The notes beneath the pieces were generated by a model that did not search any database, was not told the origin of the DNA, and saw nothing but the letters and a program-made list of their open reading frames with translations. This document shows, in pieces, positions 29,888 through 40,268 of a stretch of 64,000 nt of DNA. The stretch is taken from NCBI GenBank assembly GCA_030681595.1, contig JAUXSB010000014.1:109071-173070 (forward strand). The letters are read 5' to 3'. The stretch comes from Candidatus Omnitrophota bacterium (GTDB taxonomy: Bacteria > Omnitrophota > Gorgyraeia > Ghiorseimicrobiales > Ghiorseimicrobiaceae). Every line of letters begins with the position of its first letter. Position 1 is the first letter of the stretch. A program made the position numbers and the translations under genes.

Positions 29888-29919
29888 AAATTAAACCCCT
29901 GAATAAAAATCTTCAGGGG
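29882..29919 (-). terminator. Intrinsic terminator forming the expression platform of the FMN riboswitch
   Basis: Minus-strand RNA: CCCCUGAAGAUUUUUAUUCAGGGG followed by UUUAAUUUUUAAU. Confidence 0.7.
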
Positions 29920-29974
29920 CTATGATAAATACCGCTAATGAGTTTTCTTAGCTCTTAACTCTTAGTTCTTAATT

Positions 29975-30112
29975 CTGTATCTATATCTTCTTCCATCTAG
30001 ACTTTAACTATCGGCCCCGGAACCTCACCGGGTCTGTCCGCCACAAAGCATTGGCGGACTCGCGGGCTTTACCGCCGGCCGGGAATTTCACCCTGCCCCG
30101 AAGATGTTAATA
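29975..30112 (-). promoter_or_regulatory. FMN riboswitch (RFN element) aptamer
   Basis: Minus-strand RNA: CUUCGGGGCAGGGUGAAAUUCCCGGCCGGCGGUAAAGCCCGCGAG...GAUAGUUAAAGUCUAGAUGGAAGAAGA. This matches the conserved RFN core. Confidence 0.8.
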
Positions 30113-30159
30113 TTGTAGCAAAAAATACGTTTAAGTCAAGAAGAATTGCCAGCCGATGA

Positions 30160-30681
30160 ATGATTTGCTATAATAATACAATTATGCCCATAGCAAACCG
30201 TACCGCGAGATTATTAGTAAGAAATAAAAAAACGCTTGCCATAGCCGAATCCTGCACCGGCGGGCTTCTCTCTAACCTTTTAACCAATCTCCCCGGGAGC
30301 TCAAAATTTTTCCGCTTAAGCATTATTCCTTATGCCAATCAATTTAAAACTATTCTTTTAAAAGTCTCCGATAAAATACTTAAAACAAAAGGGGCGGTCT
30401 CCAAAGAAACTGTTTTAATTATGGCAAAAAATATCCGCAGTTTAGCCAAAACAGATTTTGGCCTAAGCGTTAGCGGCATAGCCGGACCGGGCGGGGCGAC
30501 TAAAATAAAACCGGTAGGGCTTGTTTATATCGGGCTGTCTAGCGGCAAAAAAACTACCTGTAAAAAATTTATATTTAAGGGCAGCCGCGCGCAAATAAAA
30601 AAACAGGCGGCCAACGCCGCCCTTGAATTACTATTAAAACAACTAAATAATCAGCGTAATCATATTTTAAAATCTGTGTAA
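30160..30681 (+). CDS. pncC: CinA C-terminal-domain protein / NMN amidohydrolase PncC-like (probable start at M9, 30184)
   Basis: LAIAESCTGGLL...GLSVSGIAGPGG. Confidence 0.82.
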   Translation: MICYNNTIMPIANRTARLLVRNKKTLAIAESCTGGLLSNLLTNLPGSSKFFRLSIIPYANQFKTILLKVSDKILKTKGAVSKETVLIMAKNIRSLAKTDFGLSVSGIAGPGGATKIKPVGLVYIGLSSGKKTTCKKFIFKGSRAQIKKQAANAALELLLKQLNNQRNHILKSV

Positions 30682-30693
30682 TCCGTATTTAAT

Positions 30694-31248
30694 ATGCGTA
30701 CCTTTATCGCTATAGAATTAACCAATGGTATACAAGATAAACTCGCCTCTCTACAGGAAAAACTTAAATCCGCATCAGCCGATGTTAAATGGGTTAATCC
30801 TTCCAATATTCATCTCACCCTGAAATTCTTAGGCGACACCGATGAAAAAAAGATAGATCCCATTAAAAACATTATCAATAAATTAGCCATAAAATTTAAA
30901 GCTTTTAACTCGGAGGTATCCGGCTTAGGCGCCTTTCCTAACCTGCAGTCGCCGCGCGTGATTTGGGCGGGGCTTAGCAACGCAGACACCATCTCAGCTA
31001 TATCCGAAACACTGGAAGATGGATTGGAAAAATTAGGCTTTCCTAAAGAAAAACACAGTTTCAAGCCTCATTTAACTTTGGGCAGGGTACGCTGCCCTAA
31101 AAACATAGATATATTGGAAAAAATACTCGCGGAAAATCTTGATTTTAAGGCGGGAATCTTAGAAATCAAAACAGTTTGCCTTATTGAAAGCAAACTAAGC
31201 CCGAAAGGGCCGGCTTATACCACTATTTATTCTAAAACATTAGCTTAA
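30694..31248 (+). CDS. thpR: RNA 2',3'-cyclic phosphodiesterase (2H family, LigT/ThpR)
   Basis: Two H-x-T-x motifs: HLTLKFLG and HLTLGR. Confidence 0.85.
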   Translation: MRTFIAIELTNGIQDKLASLQEKLKSASADVKWVNPSNIHLTLKFLGDTDEKKIDPIKNIINKLAIKFKAFNSEVSGLGAFPNLQSPRVIWAGLSNADTISAISETLEDGLEKLGFPKEKHSFKPHLTLGRVRCPKNIDILEKILAENLDFKAGILEIKTVCLIESKLSPKGPAYTTIYSKTLA

Positions 31249-31261
31249 GCCTTATTGTTAT

Positions 31262-32395
31262 TTATTGTATCTCGTCCAAAGTAAATAATTTATCCGCCTC
31301 TTCTTTGGAAGTCAGGCCCAGCGAAACCATTTTCCCGGCGATGTCCTGAAACGGCAGCATCCCGGCTTCAACAGCAGATTTCTTTAACCCCTCTTGAGAC
31401 GCCCCTTCTAAAATTAAATTCTTAATTTTATCTGTAACTTTCATAATCTCAAATACGCCGATGCGTTTTTTAAAACCTGAATTCGCGCAATGCATACAGC
31501 CTTCGCCCTTACAAATCCTGCAGAGCAGCCTGATTAATCTTACCGAAATAACGCCTGTCAATGCCGCAGAGATAAAATAAGGCTCAACCCCCATCTGAAG
31601 CAGCCTTATTATAGCGTTAACACAGTCTCTGGCATGCAGGGTAGAAAAAATTAACGAACCTGATAATGCCGCCTGAAAAGCCGTGCGCGTGGTTTCGGCA
31701 TCGCGCACCTCTCCTAAAGCAATAATATCGGGATCCTGCCGCATAATCGCCCTAAGGCTCGAGACAAATGTCATACCATAGTCATATTCAACCTGAATCT
31801 GGTTAAAACCGCTGATCATGCACTCAACCGGGTCTTCTATTGTACAGATATTTTTCTGGCGGGAATAAATATGATTAAGTATCGCATACAACGTCGTTGA
31901 TTTTCCCGCGCCTGTCGGCCCGACAATTAACACAAACCCTTCCTTCTTGGAAATTAACGGGACTAACAGTTTCATGCCATCAGGAGTAATGCCCAAATCT
32001 TCCAATTTTTTGCAAAATTGTTCTTTATATATAATACGGACTACTATTTTTTCTCCCGAGACAACCGGCATACAGGAAAAACGTAAATCCAGCTCTATTC
32101 CATCAACATTAAAAGTAGTCCTGCCGTCCTGCTCTCTGCGTTTTTTAGTAGTATCCATACCGCACATTATTTTTAGAGCATTGACTGTAGAGTCAAGATT
32201 AATTTCCCTCCTCTCTAATTTTACGATATCTTTTAAAAGGCCGTCTACCCTAAAACGCACCACTAATAAAAAGTTGTTATTTTCATATAAAGGCTCCCAA
32301 TGAATATCGGTAGCATTGCTTTTTACTGCCTGCTTTATGATATGGTGTATAAATGGCAACGGCTCATGCGGATAATTTTCTGTTTTCTGTATCAT
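31262..32395 (-). CDS. Type II/IV secretion system ATPase (GspE/PilB/PilT superfamily, short form, with a C-terminal tetracysteine)
   Basis: Walker A is LIVGPTGAGKST. Asp and His boxes are present. The C-terminus has CRICKGEGCMHC. Confidence 0.85.
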   Translation of the reverse strand: MIQKTENYPHEPLPFIHHIIKQAVKSNATDIHWEPLYENNNFLLVVRFRVDGLLKDIVKLERREINLDSTVNALKIMCGMDTTKKRREQDGRTTFNVDGIELDLRFSCMPVVSGEKIVVRIIYKEQFCKKLEDLGITPDGMKLLVPLISKKEGFVLIVGPTGAGKSTTLYAILNHIYSRQKNICTIEDPVECMISGFNQIQVEYDYGMTFVSSLRAIMRQDPDIIALGEVRDAETTRTAFQAALSGSLIFSTLHARDCVNAIIRLLQMGVEPYFISAALTGVISVRLIRLLCRICKGEGCMHCANSGFKKRIGVFEIMKVTDKIKNLILEGASQEGLKKSAVEAGMLPFQDIAGKMVSLGLTSKEEADKLFTLDEIQ

Positions 32396-32396
32396 A

Positions 32397-32852
32397 TTAA
32401 AATAACCCTGTTTTAATCAGGGCCCTCAGGATAAGATTAGTATATACCGCAGCACACATATCATCCATGACTATGCCAAATCCGCCTGGTAACTTTTCTA
32501 TTTTTTTTAAAGGATATATTTTAAGTATATCAAAAAACCTGAAAAATATAAAGCCCAATATAACATATTCCCACTTAAAGGGAACAAAGAGAAAACTGAC
32601 AAACATACCTGCCATTTCATCAATGACTACACAGTGCGGGTCTTTTTCCTGAAAAATACGCTCTCCCTGCCAGGATACTGCTAACGCCAAAGGAATAGAT
32701 AAAAGCGCTGATATATTGTAAATTAAGAGGTTATTCTTTAGGATAAAAAATATAAGGACCGCGAAAATACTCGCTATTGTCCCTGAAGCAGGAAGGTATC
32801 CTACATAGAAAAAACTCGCTATGCATTTTATCACTTCTTTTTTTACCAGCAT
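32397..32852 (-). CDS. pgpA: Phosphatidylglycerophosphatase A
   Basis: 151 aa. FFYVGYLP...GTIASIF is typical of the PgpA family. Confidence 0.8.
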   Translation of the reverse strand: MLVKKEVIKCIASFFYVGYLPASGTIASIFAVLIFFILKNNLLIYNISALLSIPLALAVSWQGERIFQEKDPHCVVIDEMAGMFVSFLFVPFKWEYVILGFIFFRFFDILKIYPLKKIEKLPGGFGIVMDDMCAAVYTNLILRALIKTGLF

Positions 32853-33445
32853 TATAATTTTAATAAATGCTTATTCTTTAGAATAAAAGATATGCCTGAA
32901 ATCAAAGTTAAAGCTAAGGTAATGCCCATTAATATCATAATGCCCAAACCGCTATAAAACTCTATTCTTTCGCTCCACAATGATTTTTCTGATAAAACTT
33001 CCTTAAAAATCAAAAGAACCAGAATAATGAATATGGTTACCATCTGGGATACGGTCTTATGTTTACCTGCATCTTCAGCCGCTAAAACCTTCCCCTTCCT
33101 TAAGGCGATCAGCCTGAAACTCGTGATAAAAGACTCTCTTAGAATTATCATGATTACCATCCATGCCGGGATTAAACGCATCTGGATAAAAACCAAAAAT
33201 GCGCCCAGCACAAGGATTTTATCCGCGATGGGATCCATAAGTTTGCCAAAATCCGATACGATGTTATATTTTCTGGCGATTTTTCCGTCATAAATGTCCG
33301 TAAGTGAGGCTAAGCCAAAAAGGCAAAACGCAAAAATCCTTGCCTTAATGCCTGGAAAAAAAATAAAAACCATAAAGATAGCTGTTAAGACTATCCTTAG
33401 TATGGTTAATTCGTTAGGAAGGTATTTTTTCTCCCACAAGGTCAT
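32852..33445 (-). CDS. pgsA: CDP-diacylglycerol--glycerol-3-phosphate 3-phosphatidyltransferase (CDP-alcohol phosphatidyltransferase family)
   Basis: DGKIARKYNIVSDFGKLMDPIADK is the CDP-OH-transferase motif D-G-x2-AR-x8-G-x3-D-x3-D. Confidence 0.85.
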   Translation of the reverse strand: MTLWEKKYLPNELTILRIVLTAIFMVFIFFPGIKARIFAFCLFGLASLTDIYDGKIARKYNIVSDFGKLMDPIADKILVLGAFLVFIQMRLIPAWMVIMIILRESFITSFRLIALRKGKVLAAEDAGKHKTVSQMVTIFIILVLLIFKEVLSEKSLWSERIEFYSGLGIMILMGITLALTLISGISFILKNKHLLKL

Positions 33446-34667
33446 ATTCGTAGGTTTGGGTTATTTTAACTTTAACTATATCGCCCGCAAAAAGCTTTTC
33501 TTTTGATTTGACAAAAACGCATCCGTCCACTTCCGGGGCATCAGCCTGCGATCTGGCCGCGTATACGCCATCATTATATTCCTCAATCATTACTTCCTTG
33601 GTTTTCCCCAATAAAGACGCATTGTAATCTTTTGCGATTTCCTGCTGTTTTTGCATAAGTATGCTAAAACGCTTCCGCTTTACGCTTTCGGGCACTTGAT
33701 TAGGAAAATCATAGGCGGCCGTGCCTTCTTCCCTTGAATAGACGAACGCGCCCAGCCGGTCAAATTTTACTTCAGTGATAAAATCAATTAATTCCTTAAA
33801 TTCGCTCTCAGTCTCAGAAGGAAATCCCGTTATGACGGAAGTGCGTATTGCGACTTCAGGGATTTCCTTTCTTAGGCGCTTTATCAAAGAATGAATTTTA
33901 CTTTTAGTAATCTGCCTATTCATAAGCTTTAAGATTCTGTCGTTAATATGCTGTATCGGCAAATCAATATACTTGCAAATTCTTTCATTTTCCCATATTA
34001 ATTCTATCAAATCATTATCGAGGCGTAAAGGGTTTAGATAAAGTAATCTTACCCACTTTATATTTTCGGCCTCTTCCAGTATTCTGGAAATTAAATAGCT
34101 AAGGCGGCCTTTAGCGGCACTATCTAATCCAAAACAAGTAATATCCTGCCCGATAATATTTAATTCTGAAATGCCTCTCTTATCCAAAAGGCGGGCTTCC
34201 TCTAATACGGAACCTACGCTCCTGCTCTTAAATTTCCCCTTTATTTTAGGAATAACACAAAAACTACACTCATTAAAACACCCCTCGCATATTTTTAAAT
34301 ATGAGTAATGTTTTGGAGTTAAAGATAAGTTATTTACGGAATCAGTCAACTCCTGCCTTCCGACAATCGCGTCTATTTCTTTAAATTCTTTAAGTATTTC
34401 TTCCGGATAGCGCTGCGCGAGGCATCCTGCGAGGATAATCTTTTTTATGCGGCCTTCTTTTTTAAGCTCTACGGCATCGAGGATAAAATCAATAGATTCT
34501 TCCTTGGCTTCTTTAATAAAAGCGCAGGTATTAATAATTATGGTATCTGCTTCCTGGGAGTCTTCGGTGATTTTTGCGCCCTTTAATTTTAACCTTTCGG
34601 CAATCGCTTGAGAATCTGTGAGGTTTCTCGGGCAGCCTAAGCTTACTAAACTTATCTTGGAAGTCAT
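33414..34667 (-). CDS. rimO: Radical-SAM methylthiotransferase, RimO-like (ribosomal protein S12 methylthiotransferase)
   Basis: The N-terminal MTTase domain has SLGCPRN; the radical-SAM motif is CxxxCxxC (CFNECSFC); a C-terminal TRAM domain follows. Confidence 0.8.
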   Translation of the reverse strand: MTSKISLVSLGCPRNLTDSQAIAERLKLKGAKITEDSQEADTIIINTCAFIKEAKEESIDFILDAVELKKEGRIKKIILAGCLAQRYPEEILKEFKEIDAIVGRQELTDSVNNLSLTPKHYSYLKICEGCFNECSFCVIPKIKGKFKSRSVGSVLEEARLLDKRGISELNIIGQDITCFGLDSAAKGRLSYLISRILEEAENIKWVRLLYLNPLRLDNDLIELIWENERICKYIDLPIQHINDRILKLMNRQITKSKIHSLIKRLRKEIPEVAIRTSVITGFPSETESEFKELIDFITEVKFDRLGAFVYSREEGTAAYDFPNQVPESVKRKRFSILMQKQQEIAKDYNASLLGKTKEVMIEEYNDGVYAARSQADAPEVDGCVFVKSKEKLFAGDIVKVKITQTYEYDLVGEKIPS

Positions 34668-35449
34668 TTTATCTGGAAGGAACCGTCGCGGCTGATGAGC
34701 ATATTGTTGATAGGCTGGTTTTTCCTGCCTAAAGAAGAAACGGCCCTGCCGTTTATTTCTAATTCCACGCTTGCAGCGCTTCCGATGGATAGCCCTATTG
34801 TTTCTTTAGCAACCCAATTTTCGGTTTGCCCTTTTTTTAATGTTCCCTGGAATACCGAGTTACCGTCAGTTTTTACGTGAAGGTACGTATTATCCTTCGC
34901 GCGAATGGCTAATTTTACGCTCTCAATTTTTTCTTGCAGAGGTGCAGGCTTTTTTTGATTTTGTTGAGGTACTGGCTCTTTCTTGGCTGGGGCTACTGTC
35001 TTTTTGGCTGCTGCCGGAGGACGAGAGACAGAAAAAACCACTTTTGCCTCTTTTAGCTTTTTTTTACCTACTATATGTTTTATAAAGCTAAACGAAGAAA
35101 ACAATAAGACGAGAACAACGATAATGTTTAAAATTATAAACGGGTTGAATTGCGGAAGAATTGCATTATCTTGCTCCGGCCTTTTTGAGCGCGCCGGAAC
35201 CAAAACCGGATTTCCTTCTTTAGGCAAGATGCCTTTATACGCTTGCGCTATCGTTGCCTGATCCATACCTAAATATTTAGAATAAATTTTAAGGTATCCC
35301 CTTAGATAAACGGGATTTAAGGTACTTATTCTATCCATCTCAATATCGCGTAAAATTTCCTTAGGAATCCTTGTATGCTTATGCACCTCCTCTAATGAGA
35401 GCTTCTTCTTTTCACGCGTACTTTTTAATAATGCGCCTAAATATTCCAT
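34664..35449 (-). CDS. rodZ: RodZ-like cytoskeletal protein (N-terminal helix-turn-helix, TM, Pro/Lys-rich linker, C-terminal DUF4115-like domain)
   Basis: LSLEEVHKHTRIPKEILRDIEMD is the helix-turn-helix. One TM segment is present. Confidence 0.7.
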   Translation of the reverse strand: MEYLGALLKSTREKKKLSLEEVHKHTRIPKEILRDIEMDRISTLNPVYLRGYLKIYSKYLGMDQATIAQAYKGILPKEGNPVLVPARSKRPEQDNAILPQFNPFIILNIIVVLVLLFSSFSFIKHIVGKKKLKEAKVVFSVSRPPAAAKKTVAPAKKEPVPQQNQKKPAPLQEKIESVKLAIRAKDNTYLHVKTDGNSVFQGTLKKGQTENWVAKETIGLSIGSAASVELEINGRAVSSLGRKNQPINNMLISRDGSFQIK

Positions 35450-35484
35450 TTCTCCTCACTTGGATCGTAAGATTATAAAAATCT

Positions 35485-37722
35485 TTAAGTTGTGACCGCG
35501 GAATCTTCTTCTTTCTGCTTCAAATATGTATCCTTATCCACCAGAATCTTGCGCGGCTTCGACCCTTGATATGGGCCGACTATTCCGGCACCTTCCATCG
35601 CGTCAATGATCCGGGCGGCCCGGGTATAACCTAGGCGCATCCTACGCTGCAATATCGACACTGATGCCTGGTTACTTTCTAAGATAACACGTACGGCATC
35701 ATCAAATAGCTCGTCTTTTTCTCCGTCCGCGTAAGCGAAACCTTTTTCTTGTCCCTTAAGGATAGTCTCGTTATAGATTGGTCCGGCCTGCGATTTTATG
35801 AATTCTACAACCCGTTCTATCTCTTTATCCTGCAGGTACCCTCCTTGTAGGCGCAATAACTTTGACTGACCGGGATTTAGAAACAGCATATCCCCCTTAC
35901 CTAATAATTTATCCGCGCCATTGGCATCCAAGACCGTACGAGAATCAACCTTGGAAGCTACCTGAAAAGAAATCCTCGCGGGAAAATTAGCCTTAATCAC
36001 GCCTGTGATTACATCCACGGACGGCCTTTGTGTCGCCAAAATAAGATGTATGCCTACTGCACGGGAAAGCTGTGCCAGCCGTGTAATCGCATTTTCAATC
36101 TGGTCTTGCGCTATCGCCATTAAATCCGCAAGCTCATCTATAACTACCACAATATAAGGAAGCTTCTCTTGCTTTGCATTATAACCCTCGATATTCCTGA
36201 CACCTTCTTTGGCTAAAAGCCTGTAACGGTCTTCCATCTCGGCCACCACCCAGTTTAAGGCACTGGAGACCTTCTTATGGTCTGTAACTACCGGGCATAA
36301 AAGATGCGGCAGGCCGTTATAAACTGCCAATTCCACCATCTTCGGGTCAACCATTAAAAATTTCACTTGATTAGGATTCAGGCGGAATAAAAACGATACA
36401 ATCAGGCAGTTTACGCATACGGTTTTCCCCGAACCGGTAGTCCCGGCAATCAGAAGATGCGGCATATCGCCCAAATCAGCTACTATAGGAACGCCTGCCG
36501 TATCCTTTCCCAAAGCCATGGATAATTTTGCGTTAGACTTTATAAATTCATCGGAACGGATGATCTCTTTAAAATAAACTGAGCCTATCTGTGTATTAGG
36601 TACCTCTATGCCTACACGGCTTTTGCCGGGAATGGGGGCTACGATACGCACTGACTGCGCCTTCATTATAAGTGCAATATCATCAGAAAGACCGACTATC
36701 TTCTGTACTTTTACGCCCGGCGCCGGCTCAAGCTCATAGCGCGTAATAGTCGGGCCACGCTCAATATCGGTAACCCGCACAGTAATCCCAAAATCGCCTA
36801 AAGTCTCTTCTAAAATCCGGGCATTTTCGGTCAGATCTTCTTTTATCTCTTTCTTTGCGCCTACCTGCATAGGCTCATCCAATAAATCTAAAGAAGGAAG
36901 CTGATAATCCCCATCGCTTACTTTTATTACGCTGATTTTTTCTTTTGTTTTATTTTTTTCGTTCTCAGGGTTTAAAATAGACAGGCGGGGCGCTTTCTTG
37001 TCAACACCCCAGGCCGCGGCAGGCCTTAGCGCTTCATCAGCTTCAGAAAAAGAAACATCTTTTACTGCGGCTATTTCTTTGGGTTTCCTTAAGATATCTT
37101 TTTCCTCCTCTTTTATTTTTTCTTTCCGGCTTAGTTTAATTAATACCGGGCCTTTAATTTTTTTTAGAAAAACCCAGAAATTATTTATACCGCGCAAAAA
37201 TGCCAATTTTGACTTAGAAAGTATGGGATACAACAGAAACTCCCCCAGCAAAAGGCAGCTGGAAAGTAAAAGTGTTGATACAATTACATATCCTCCTGTC
37301 CTGCCAAAATAATCAACTGTAAATTTAGAAAATGAAGCGCCGATAAAACCGCCGCCCTTAAACATAAGTTCTTTATTATAAAAAAATACAAGGCTCAATA
37401 AAGAACTCAACGAAAACACTGCCACAGAAAGTGCCGCGCTTTTAACCGGGCTTAAGTAGAAATCTTTATGCCGTATTTTATTCAGGCCAAATATGCCTAA
37501 GATCAACACTAAAAGATAACTCGCCCAGCCAATTAGAAATAATAAAACGAAAGCGAGGTATGCGCCGAAGCCGCGGATAAGGTTTTTAGGTGGGATATTC
37601 GGGTGCGAAGTTAAAAAAGATATGTCTTCTTTGTGGTAGGAAATAAGGCTAAGAAAAATCAGGATGCCTGCCGCGAATAAAATTATCGCGAAAATTTCAT
37701 CCAGTAAATGATTTCTTTTCAC
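35485..37722 (-). CDS. ftsK: DNA translocase FtsK/SpoIIIE
   Basis: 745 aa. N-terminal TM helices, Walker A GTTGSGKT, and a C-terminal gamma domain. Confidence 0.93.
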   Translation of the reverse strand: MKRNHLLDEIFAIILFAAGILIFLSLISYHKEDISFLTSHPNIPPKNLIRGFGAYLAFVLLFLIGWASYLLVLILGIFGLNKIRHKDFYLSPVKSAALSVAVFSLSSLLSLVFFYNKELMFKGGGFIGASFSKFTVDYFGRTGGYVIVSTLLLSSCLLLGEFLLYPILSKSKLAFLRGINNFWVFLKKIKGPVLIKLSRKEKIKEEEKDILRKPKEIAAVKDVSFSEADEALRPAAAWGVDKKAPRLSILNPENEKNKTKEKISVIKVSDGDYQLPSLDLLDEPMQVGAKKEIKEDLTENARILEETLGDFGITVRVTDIERGPTITRYELEPAPGVKVQKIVGLSDDIALIMKAQSVRIVAPIPGKSRVGIEVPNTQIGSVYFKEIIRSDEFIKSNAKLSMALGKDTAGVPIVADLGDMPHLLIAGTTGSGKTVCVNCLIVSFLFRLNPNQVKFLMVDPKMVELAVYNGLPHLLCPVVTDHKKVSSALNWVVAEMEDRYRLLAKEGVRNIEGYNAKQEKLPYIVVVIDELADLMAIAQDQIENAITRLAQLSRAVGIHLILATQRPSVDVITGVIKANFPARISFQVASKVDSRTVLDANGADKLLGKGDMLFLNPGQSKLLRLQGGYLQDKEIERVVEFIKSQAGPIYNETILKGQEKGFAYADGEKDELFDDAVRVILESNQASVSILQRRMRLGYTRAARIIDAMEGAGIVGPYQGSKPRKILVDKDTYLKQKEEDSAVTT

Positions 37723-37796
37723 CTCGTTCTTCCTCGAAATCTATATTCAACAAAGTACCCCGCTCCTCTTATATCTATATCCGGAAAGCGCGAGGC

Positions 37797-39893
37797 TCAT
37801 TGCTCTGCTTGCTTTTTGCTTAAGTTTACCCGTCCTAACTCATCAATACCGATAACTTTTACCTTAAACTCGTCCCCTACTTTTACTGCATCATTCGGGT
37901 CTTTGACAAATTTACTAGAAAGTTCTGATACATGTACCAAGCCTTCTTTATTCGGCAAAATCTCACAGAAAGCCCCAAAGTTAAGTATGCGCTTAACCAC
38001 TCCATTGTAAATTTTACCAACCTCGGGAACTTCGGTCATTCCCTTAATAATCGCAACAGCCTTCTCGGAAGCGGCGGCATCGGTAGAACCTACTAACACA
38101 GTGCCGTCTTCTTCGATATCAATAGTAACCCCTGTCTGCTCAATGATCTTTCTAATATTTTTTCCGCCCGGCCCGATAAGCTCTCCGATTTTATCGGTGT
38201 TAATCTTTAACACTGTAATACGCGGGGCATACTCCGAGAGTTTTGCCCTGGGTTTATCAATAGCCTGGCGCATCTTCTCTAAAATAACGAGGCGTGCCTT
38301 CATTGCCTGATGAAGGCCTTTTTCCAGTATCTCAAAGGATAACTCGCTTATCTTTAAATCCAATTGTACCGCGGTAATGCCTGCCGTTGTGCCGGCTATC
38401 TTAAAATCCATATCGCCGAAGTGGTCTTCTAGCCCGTTTAAATCGGTGAGTACAGCATACTTATTGCCATCTTTGATTAAACCCAGGGCAACTCCGGCTA
38501 CCGCATCTTTTATCGGCACGCCCGCATCCATTAAAGATAATGTCGAAGCGCATACTGTCGCCATACTAGAAGATCCATTAGACTCAAGGATTTCAGAAAC
38601 TACCCGCACCGTGTAAGGAAATACATCCTTTGAAGGCATCAAAAATTTAAGCGCTTTTTCTGCCAATGCTCCATGGCCGATTTCACGCCTGCCCGGGCCC
38701 CTTACAGGCTTTACTTCTCCCACACTAAAAGGAGGAAAACTATAATGCAGCATAAAAGATTTAGAAAGCTCTCCCTCGAGATCCTCAATTCTCTGTTCAT
38801 CGGCACGGGTTCCCAAAGTAGTAATTGCCAAACTCTGGGTTTGCCCCCGGGTAAAAAGCCCTGAGCCATGTGTACGCGGCAGGACCCCGATCTCGCAGCT
38901 TATCGGACGTAAATCATCGTATTTTCTTCCGTCAACGCGTATACCCTTTTCTAAAACAACTTTTCTTACTTCTTCTTTTTCCGCTTCAACCAAGGCAGAT
39001 TTTATATCCTCGGCAGACACTTCACTTCTTGCCAGGGTAAATTTCTCTACCAGAGACTTCCAAAGCAAATCCATTTCCTCTTCCCTTTTCTCCTTATCGG
39101 ATAAAGAGCAAACCTCAACCAGTTTTTCGTAAGATAATTCTTTTACTTTATTAAAAAGGTTTCCGTCAATTTTTTTATAGGTAAATTCCTTAGGGGCAAC
39201 CACACATTGTTTCTTTAACTCCTCCTGCAGGCCAATCACATCCTGAAGATGACTATGCCCAAACCGGATAGCCTCTAAAATTTTTTCTTCCGGGAGCTCC
39301 TTGGCTTTTGCCTCAAGCATAATTACGCCGGTTTTTGAACCCACCACCACCAAATCTAATACGCTTTTTTCCAATTCCGCATAGCTCGGATTAAGGATAA
39401 AGTTTCCTTCAATCATGCCTACGCGCACTGCTCCGATAGTCCCGGCAAAAGGAATGCCGGCCAAGGCTATAGCGCTGGAGGCGCCAATTACCGCGAGTAT
39501 ATCCGGGTCATTTACGCCGTCGCTGGAAAGGACCAAACCCATTATCTGGATCTCATTCACAAAACCCTTGGGAAAAAGCGGGCGAATCGGACGGTCAATT
39601 AAACGCGAGGTTAAAATTTCGCTCTCTGTAGGCCGGCCTTCACGCTTAAAAAACCCTCCTGGAATCCTTCCTGCGGCATAAGTCTTTTCTTGGTATTCTA
39701 CAGTAAGAGGCAAAAAATCCACCCCTTCCCTCGGTTCCCTGGAAACACAAGCAGTAATTAAAACTACAGTGCCGCCATACTGCACAATTACAGCACCGTC
39801 TGCCTGCTTAGCCAGCTTGCCAGTTTCTAAATGAATATTCTCACGCCCAAATTTTGTCTGGACGTGCTTGATTTCGCTATGCATATTCCTCAC
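37797..39893 (-). CDS. pnp: Polyribonucleotide nucleotidyltransferase (PNPase)
   Basis: 698 aa, with two RNase PH domains plus KH and S1 domains. Confidence 0.95.
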   Translation of the reverse strand: MRNMHSEIKHVQTKFGRENIHLETGKLAKQADGAVIVQYGGTVVLITACVSREPREGVDFLPLTVEYQEKTYAAGRIPGGFFKREGRPTESEILTSRLIDRPIRPLFPKGFVNEIQIMGLVLSSDGVNDPDILAVIGASSAIALAGIPFAGTIGAVRVGMIEGNFILNPSYAELEKSVLDLVVVGSKTGVIMLEAKAKELPEEKILEAIRFGHSHLQDVIGLQEELKKQCVVAPKEFTYKKIDGNLFNKVKELSYEKLVEVCSLSDKEKREEEMDLLWKSLVEKFTLARSEVSAEDIKSALVEAEKEEVRKVVLEKGIRVDGRKYDDLRPISCEIGVLPRTHGSGLFTRGQTQSLAITTLGTRADEQRIEDLEGELSKSFMLHYSFPPFSVGEVKPVRGPGRREIGHGALAEKALKFLMPSKDVFPYTVRVVSEILESNGSSSMATVCASTLSLMDAGVPIKDAVAGVALGLIKDGNKYAVLTDLNGLEDHFGDMDFKIAGTTAGITAVQLDLKISELSFEILEKGLHQAMKARLVILEKMRQAIDKPRAKLSEYAPRITVLKINTDKIGELIGPGGKNIRKIIEQTGVTIDIEEDGTVLVGSTDAAASEKAVAIIKGMTEVPEVGKIYNGVVKRILNFGAFCEILPNKEGLVHVSELSSKFVKDPNDAVKVGDEFKVKVIGIDELGRVNLSKKQAEQ

Positions 39894-40168
39894 TTTCTAA
39901 GGTTAAGCTTCTGAAGGAGTCCTTCGTATTTTTTGGTATCGGACTTTTTAAGATAGTCAAGGAGCCTGCGGCGGCTTCCAACCAACACAAGCAGTCCCCG
40001 GCGGGAACCAAAGTCTTTCCCATGTTGTTTAAAATGGTCTGAAAGGCTGTTTATCCTTTCGGTAAGGAGGGCTATCTGTACAGAAGTAGAACCTGTATCT
40101 TTTTCATGCCCCTTGAAATTATTTATCACTTGCTCTTTTTTCTCTTTCACTAAAGCCAAAGCATCCAC
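39890..40168 (-). CDS. rpsO: 30S ribosomal protein S15
   Basis: 92 aa. GSTSVQIALLTERINSLSDHFKQHGKDFGSRRGLL. Confidence 0.92.
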   Translation of the reverse strand: MDALALVKEKKEQVINNFKGHEKDTGSTSVQIALLTERINSLSDHFKQHGKDFGSRRGLLVLVGSRRRLLDYLKKSDTKKYEGLLQKLNLRK

Positions 40169-40268
40169 CTCCTCATATATCTCACAAAAAAATATAATAC
40201 TCCTTTTAGCCTATTAAGTCAAGTAAAATAACCCTTCGTCATTTGAGAATAAACTTAAAACGGATCTC

